A stretch of DNA of 23,177 bases from an uncultured Bdellovibrio sp. (GTDB taxonomy: Bacteria; Bdellovibrionota; Bdellovibrionia; Bdellovibrionales; Bdellovibrionaceae), in assembly GCA_963932905.1 (NCBI GenBank), contig CAWVRN010000042.1, positions 1-23,177 on the forward strand, written 5' to 3'. This document shows positions 18,141 through 23,177 of the stretch, piece by piece (the first letter of the stretch is position 1; each line of letters opens with the position of its first letter). The notes under the pieces were generated by a model. That model ran no database searches. It saw nothing but the letters and a program-made list of their open reading frames with translations, and was not told the DNA's origin. The position numbers and the translations under genes were made by a program.

Positions 18141-19475
18141 CTACGCAGATTTCTTCATACTCAAAAGAAGCTTTATTTTTGATCTTATTTCATTGCTTGC
18201 TTGCGCTAGGTTTTCAAGCGATGGTTTTTCAATATAGTCACTAGCGCCTTGAGAAAGTGCTTTCTGAGCAATAGATGGATCGTCACGATTTACAGATGAT
18301 AAAATGACGATAGGTGCGGAGCGATCTTTGTATTCTTTTAAAAATCCAACTCCGTCAAGCTCAGGCATGTGCATGTCTAAAGTAATGGCGTCAAATTTTC
18401 TAGTTTTCAAAATTTCAATGGCTTCACGGCCGTTATTGGCTTTTGCCGTAATCTTAAAACCTTGATCTGGAATTAGTATTTTTCCTAAAAGTGTGTGAAT
18501 AACAGGAGAATCGTCGATGCACAGAACTTCGATTGGTCTTTCAGGCGCAGGTTTCGGAGTCGGCCTAGAACCATTTACTGTGACGAGTTTTTCCGGCGTC
18601 GGTTTTATGTGGGCTTTTTTATGTTGGTAAACTGAAGGTCCTACGGGTTCGATATTAAGAGAGAGCCCATTTAAAGTTTCAGAAACGCCAAGGACCAAGA
18701 AACCATCTGAATCAAGGTGTTTCATAAAATCTTTAGTGATTTTTTGAATTTGTTCTTGATTAAAATAGATAAAAACATTTCTACAGAAAATTAAGTCGAA
18801 TGTTTTGTTTTTTAAAAAAGTTTCTGAATTTAAAAGATTAACTGTTTCAAAATGACAACTATTTAACAAATGATCTTTGGCCTTTGAAAAATTTTGGACA
18901 TTACCGGTTCCTCTGATCCAGTTGCCTTCAAGATACATAGCCGGAGACTGCCTTAGTTCGTCCGTTTTATAAACTCCATTTTTTGCGGACTTAACTGATG
19001 CCGAGTCCACATCAGTTCCCCAAATTTCAAATTTTACGTCTGGGGCCATGTGCATTAGATGAAATCTAAAAAACATAGCAAGTGAATAGACTTCTTGTCC
19101 TTTGCTACAGGCGGCGGACCAAACTCTAATAGTTTTATCTTTGCGTTGCTTAGCTCGCTCTATAAAACGTGAAAGACCTTTGTTTAGCAAAAATTCGAAA
19201 TGGTTGAATTCTCTGAAAAAGAAAGTGTGGTGAGTGGTAAGCAGCGATAGTAGTGCTTGGCTTTCGACTTCAAGGTGTGAGTTCAAATAATTCAAGTAGT
19301 CGCTAAATGAGTCTATTTTCAACTTTAACATTCGCGAACGTAGGCGGCTTTCAACCATTGGTCGTTGTTTTTCCCCAAGCTGAATTCCGGCTATGTTAGA
19401 TACGACGTCCGCGACCTGGTCAATGACGGAGTCAATTGTGCTTTTTGGTTCATCTCGTTTTATTAAATGGCTCAT
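18141..19475 (-). CDS. cheR: CheR methyltransferase fused to a C-terminal CheB-type receiver domain
   Basis: TTHHTFFFREFNHF, VWSAACSKGQEVYSLAM, GTDVD, FDLIFCRNVFIYF, LGVSE. Pro-rich linker, then REC VLCIDDS..ITLDMHMPELDG..GASDYIEKPS. Confidence 0.9.
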   Translation of the reverse strand: MSHLIKRDEPKSTIDSVIDQVADVVSNIAGIQLGEKQRPMVESRLRSRMLKLKIDSFSDYLNYLNSHLEVESQALLSLLTTHHTFFFREFNHFEFLLNKGLSRFIERAKQRKDKTIRVWSAACSKGQEVYSLAMFFRFHLMHMAPDVKFEIWGTDVDSASVKSAKNGVYKTDELRQSPAMYLEGNWIRGTGNVQNFSKAKDHLLNSCHFETVNLLNSETFLKNKTFDLIFCRNVFIYFNQEQIQKITKDFMKHLDSDGFLVLGVSETLNGLSLNIEPVGPSVYQHKKAHIKPTPEKLVTVNGSRPTPKPAPERPIEVLCIDDSPVIHTLLGKILIPDQGFKITAKANNGREAIEILKTRKFDAITLDMHMPELDGVGFLKEYKDRSAPIVILSSVNRDDPSIAQKALSQGASDYIEKPSLENLAQASNEIRSKIKLLLSMKKSA

Positions 19476-19618
19476 ACCGCAATCCTTTTAGTGCTGGTCG
19501 TATTTAGAAGTGGCAAATTTTCATTTCTAAGCAGACGTAACTTTTACTTCGTTTTGGAGTGTTCGCTTTTGCTTGCTTTAAAAAATGCCATTTCAGTACC
19601 AATCACTAGCGCATTCCT

Positions 19619-19646
19619 AGATCGGAGTTTGCCCTAACGACTCAAG
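19619..19646 (-). promoter_or_regulatory. Putative sigma28(FliA)-like promoter of the cheR-REC gene
   Basis: Minus strand CTTGA-N15-TCCGATCT, the third copy of the shared motif. Confidence 0.45.
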
Positions 19647-19796
19647 TACTGAAACGAGAAAACCTTAAATGAAAAAATAGTTTTCGACCTAAGTGTGGTT
19701 TGGTTTTTCAAACTTGTATACTTGGTTTCTAGATAATACTCGACCAAAAATGAGCTTCAGTTCTTGTCGAGTTTGGTAAAACGATCATTTTATTGC

Positions 19797-20090
19797 TCAA
19801 TTGTTTTGTAATGAGTCACTATACCTATTTTCGACCGGACATTTAGGCAGAATAGAGGTCTGGTCAAAATATGAGTTTGGAGTGGGGGATGCGCATGAAA
19901 AGTCAGTCTTTTGATTTTTAAAATCTATTAATAGCTTTTCTATAATTGATGGTTCTACAATACTTGAATTTTCAGGTATTGTTTGTGCGGACGGGAACGT
20001 TGTAGACAAAAGAATAGCGATGAGAGAAATAAATATTCTGATCGCTGAGAAATCAAATCCTTTCTTGTTTCTTAAATAAACAGTTTTCAT
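19797..20090 (-). CDS. Small exported or membrane-anchored hypothetical protein
   Basis: Strong SD GGAGGT (20100-20095) before the ATG. Basic N-region and hydrophobic stretch IFISLIAILLS followed by PSA/Q. Two Cys in the mature part. Confidence 0.6.
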   Translation of the reverse strand: MKTVYLRNKKGFDFSAIRIFISLIAILLSTTFPSAQTIPENSSIVEPSIIEKLLIDFKNQKTDFSCASPTPNSYFDQTSILPKCPVENRYSDSLQNN

Positions 20091-20287
20091 TGCTACCTCC
20101 TTTGTAATTTTACTTTATATTATAAATCTCCTAAAAAAAATCTGAGCGTCGATATTATCTTGTCAAGATGTGATGTAAGTTACTGATTTAAAATAGCATT
20201 ATTGAATTTCTAATTTTGGGAACTTGACAGATTTAAACAGAGTGCACTAGCTTTTTTTAAAATTAGTTTTTTCTAGGAGGATTATTT

Positions 20288-20344
20288 ATGAAACCTATTT
20301 TGAAACAAATTTTAGCGCCAGCCGTAGCTGGAAGCCGTAAGTAA
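20288..20344 (+). CDS. Candidate 18-aa small ORF MKPILKQILAPAVAGSRK
   Basis: Perfect SD AGGAGG (20275-20280) 7 nt before the ATG. TTGACA-N18-TAGCTT upstream (20224-20253). Below the ORF-track size cutoff. Confidence 0.5.
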   Translation: MKPILKQILAPAVAGSRK

Positions 20345-20432
20345 TCTTGCAAACTTGACAAAAAAATTGGTCAGCACAATTTAAAGATATTGATGGCAGC
20401 TAAACATAAATTTTAACCATAGGAGGTATACA

Positions 20433-20975
20433 ATGAGAATGTTAAGCCCATTATCAACAAATTGGTCACGCAGAAACTTCGTCCCATCCTTAATGGTTGG
20501 TGATGTTTTTGACGACTTCGATCGTATCGTAGACAACCTGATGAGACCATCTTATGCCAACACAATTGGCTTTATACCCACTTGCGATATCAATGAAACT
20601 AAAGAGCATTACCTAGTTAGTTTCGATATGCCGGGTGTAAGAAAAGAGGATATTAAAATTGAAGTAAAGGAAAGTACTCTTTTCGTTTCTGGTGAACGCC
20701 ATAAGGAAGTAAGAGAATCAAGTGCCCAAGCTACGCTGAGACACGAACGTACTTACGGCAAGTTTGAAAGATCTTTCGAACTTCCTAATACGATAAATGT
20801 TGATAAAATTGAAGCTCACTATGACGACGGAGTTTTGAATATCGCCCTTCCCAAAGCCGAAACCGCAAAAGGACGATCTGTTCACATCCAAACAGGGGAC
20901 GGCGGATTTTTCAGTAAATTGTTAAGTTCAAAAAAGGAAAATCCCAAGGAATTAAAAGACGTTAAAGTTTCATAA
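20433..20975 (+). CDS. Small heat-shock protein (Hsp20/alpha-crystallin family)
   Basis: PTCDINET..DMPGVRKEDIKIEV..LFVSGER..ERTYGKFERSFELP..AHYDDGVLNIALPK. SD AGGAGGT. Confidence 0.95.
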   Translation: MRMLSPLSTNWSRRNFVPSLMVGDVFDDFDRIVDNLMRPSYANTIGFIPTCDINETKEHYLVSFDMPGVRKEDIKIEVKESTLFVSGERHKEVRESSAQATLRHERTYGKFERSFELPNTINVDKIEAHYDDGVLNIALPKAETAKGRSVHIQTGDGGFFSKLLSSKKENPKELKDVKVS

Positions 20976-20985
20976 AGGTTTGATA

Positions 20986-21013
20986 GGCAGCTGGGGCACA
21001 GACCACAGCTGCC
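20986..21013. terminator. GC-rich hairpin after hsp20, between convergent genes
   Basis: GGCAGCTG (20986-20993) / CAGCTGCC (21006-21013) perfect 8-bp stem, 10 nt after the stop. There is no clear U-tract, so it may be a stability hairpin instead. Confidence 0.5.
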
Positions 21014-21169
21014 AGATCTATTCTGTTTCGATGATAGTATTTGGACTAGGGGAAACCATCACTGCCAAGAAAGATGGAAAACACGTTTTATCTATTTTAG
21101 GAAAGTTAGAAAAACAATGATGAAGCAGATTCATCGACTGAATCAGAAAAGAGTTAGTTCCAGAAAGTC

Positions 21170-21700
21170 TTATTTTTCCCCAGAACTTTCCAATTTTTGA
21201 GGTTGCAATAGGTCCTCTAGAAAAAATGCAGCTAATTCGGATCGCCCAGAAAGGCCAGATTTGGAATACACTGAGATGGCCTGAACTCGCGCCGTTTTTT
21301 CTGTAGTATTTCGTATTTCGCCAATTTCTTTTATGGAAAGCCCTTTGAGTAGAAGTAGTGCGACCTCTTTTTCAGCGCTAGTTAAATTCCACTTTGAAAG
21401 CTGAAGGTCAATTGAGTTCGATAAACCAACAATATATTTTTGAGCTTCATTTTTCCAAGCGTCCGCTACGTTTGTAAGCTTAACATTTTCTTTCATTGAG
21501 TCTGTGAGTTGGTGTTGTAGTGTAAGAGAACCTTTTAAAAAATAAAAAATTCCAAACAGGGCTGCTAGACCCGTGCTGCCTTCAACTAACAAATGCCAAT
21601 TAGGTACGCCCTCAACCGAGTCGGTAAAAATATCAATGCCAACCATAAACGCGACAACGGAAAGGATGATTACGACAAAGAAACGTTCTTTTTGATTCAT
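21170..21700 (-). CDS. Membrane-anchored LuxR-type HTH transcriptional regulator
   Basis: Two N-terminal hydrophobic helices, a coiled-coil-like linker, then LTSAEKEVALLLLKGLSIKEIGEIRNTTEKTARVQAISVYSKSGLSGRSEL. Confidence 0.88.
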   Translation of the reverse strand: MNQKERFFVVIILSVVAFMVGIDIFTDSVEGVPNWHLLVEGSTGLAALFGIFYFLKGSLTLQHQLTDSMKENVKLTNVADAWKNEAQKYIVGLSNSIDLQLSKWNLTSAEKEVALLLLKGLSIKEIGEIRNTTEKTARVQAISVYSKSGLSGRSELAAFFLEDLLQPQKLESSGEK

Positions 21701-21789
21701 GGATCAATTGTATATATAAATGTTTCTTTAGTCACCCGTATCGATAGTTAGATGCGGTTTATCTAAATAGTTTTGGATGGTGTCTTTAA

Positions 21790-21834
21790 TTGCCAATTTG
21801 TCCACTAAGTCTTTGAAAAGGGACAAATTGGCAA
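21790..21834. repeat. Perfect 14-bp inverted repeat with 17-bp spacer in a divergent promoter region
   Basis: TTGCCAATTTGTCC (21790-21803) and GGACAAATTGGCAA (21821-21834). Confidence 0.9.
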
Positions 21835-21928
21835 CAGATGATTTCGTTATAAATTATTTTATTTAAAAATGCAGATGACATTCTTATATTGAGTCAGTAG
21901 GTTAAACCGTCTTTTCATAGGGGAGATT

Positions 21929-23125
21929 ATGACAGCTATCAAAGCAATCCTGACGTTGGTATTTTTCTCATCGCTTTCTTGGTCTCAATACTTGGACATG
22001 AACGATATCACGATTTTACTTCCCGTGCCCCGAGCTGGTGAAGAGAATCTTTTAATTAAACCAACTGATGTCACCCGCACGGGAGAGCTTTTGTTCCCAG
22101 CGCAGTATCTTTTTGTTGGATTTGAGTTGGAAATTGGAACTCGTCGTCCGATGACTCATCAGACGGATGATTTCCGCGTGATTGCTATCCGAATTGATCA
22201 TTACTTGCGTCAGCTATACATAAATCTGGTGTGGCAAAAACCTTCCAATGGCGGTATCTACACGCAAGCATCTATTCATTCGGGACATACGATATTGGAC
22301 CTGCCACAGTTTTTAAGTAAACTTGAAGCGCTCAATCATCGACTGCGACGTACGGCTCAACGCGGTAGCTTACCTTTGCAAGTGAACCCAACTATTGCGG
22401 CTGAAGGCTTCAGGGGACCGTATTACCAAGAATTGAAGAAAGTTGTTATGGCTCATATGAGTCCAGCTTTTAAGGTCACGTTCCGATCATCACGTCGCAG
22501 TGACGGTGCCAATGGATTTGCTGGTTGGGAGTTGCCGATTAATATGAATCAACCGTCGGTAAATCAATTTGCGATCATTCCCGAATATCAACCGATTCAA
22601 GAACCCTTTCGCAATTGGGAAACGTACATTCCTTTTAATTACCTTGAAATAAAAAACAAACTTTTTTCAAATATCGTGTCAGTGGGTGGCGTTCCACCTT
22701 ATGCGACAAAACACTTCCAACCACTTATTGAAGATGGATCTCGTGCAGAATCACTGCCGGAACGTGAGCTTTTGGAAATGATGGGTCGAGTGTACATGGT
22801 GGAAAATCCCAGAGTAATGCCTGGAGTGGTGCAAACAGAATGCATGAGTTGTCATTTTGCTCAGCCCGTTAGGAATATGACAATCAAATTACGTCCTGGA
22901 TTGCCTTATGATAAATTTGCCGAGCGTTTGATATTTAATTCGGCACGCTACAATTTACAAAATTTGAGTCCGGCTCAACGAAGCAATTTTACAATGGCTT
23001 TAGGTTACGCGGAAAACACAGCTTTGTGGAATCAGCGTGTAATCAATGAAACCGCCGATACGCTAGAAACTCTATATGGCAATCGATCGGCACTGAGTTC
23101 AGTACGCATCCGCGGTTCACATTAA
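21929..23125 (+). CDS. Secreted hypothetical protein with one CxxCH motif (possible c-type heme protein)
   Basis: Signal peptide MTAIKAILTLVFFSSLSWS. CMSCH contains the only two Cys in the 398-aa protein. SD GGGGAG. Confidence 0.75.
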   Translation: MTAIKAILTLVFFSSLSWSQYLDMNDITILLPVPRAGEENLLIKPTDVTRTGELLFPAQYLFVGFELEIGTRRPMTHQTDDFRVIAIRIDHYLRQLYINLVWQKPSNGGIYTQASIHSGHTILDLPQFLSKLEALNHRLRRTAQRGSLPLQVNPTIAAEGFRGPYYQELKKVVMAHMSPAFKVTFRSSRRSDGANGFAGWELPINMNQPSVNQFAIIPEYQPIQEPFRNWETYIPFNYLEIKNKLFSNIVSVGGVPPYATKHFQPLIEDGSRAESLPERELLEMMGRVYMVENPRVMPGVVQTECMSCHFAQPVRNMTIKLRPGLPYDKFAERLIFNSARYNLQNLSPAQRSNFTMALGYAENTALWNQRVINETADTLETLYGNRSALSSVRIRGSH

Positions 23126-23177
23126 GAACTGGCTCCTTAGCTTGCGGCTAAGAAGCTAAATTCTGTTGGAAAGACAG
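23124..23177 (-). repeat. Right copy of the hairpin repeat, inverted relative to 1-51 and truncated by the window edge
   Basis: 23124-23174 matches the reverse complement of 1-51 at 50/51 positions. It begins within the TAA stop of the preceding CDS. Confidence 0.95.

Noticed and set aside
19544..19591. 15-aa ORF MAFFKASKSEHSKTK (-) upstream of cheR-REC
   Set aside because: No convincing Shine-Dalgarno, and the length is expected by chance.
20222..20250. Possible CIRCE (HrcA) element upstream of hsp20
   Set aside because: Only a partial right half (GAGTGC) is present. The TTAGCACTC left arm is absent.

Overview
A low-GC (roughly 40% by eye) bacterial window densely packed with signal-transduction genes. 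Receptor and kinase motif variants and many short secreted proteins suggest Bdellovibrionota or a relative (inference). It holds a 1764-aa Ser/Thr kinase-NTPase-GAF-His kinase hybrid with a single-domain response regulator, and a divergent cueR/copA copper module with two CueR boxes. A minus-strand chemosensory operon (cheW, signal-peptide-bearing beta-carbonic anhydrase, MCP, cheR, cheD-cheB fusion) has no cheA or cheY. Further genes are an OmpR/PAS-kinase pair, a CheR-receiver fusion, an Hsp20, a membrane-anchored LuxR regulator and a secreted CxxCH protein. Both ends of the window carry the same ~51-bp hairpin-forming sequence in inverted orientation. The best candidate for an undescribed system is the exported carbonic anhydrase inside the chemotaxis operon, possibly for CO2/bicarbonate/pH taxis. 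Three signalling units share a sigma28-like promoter motif. All calls are from motif reading; no database search was run.
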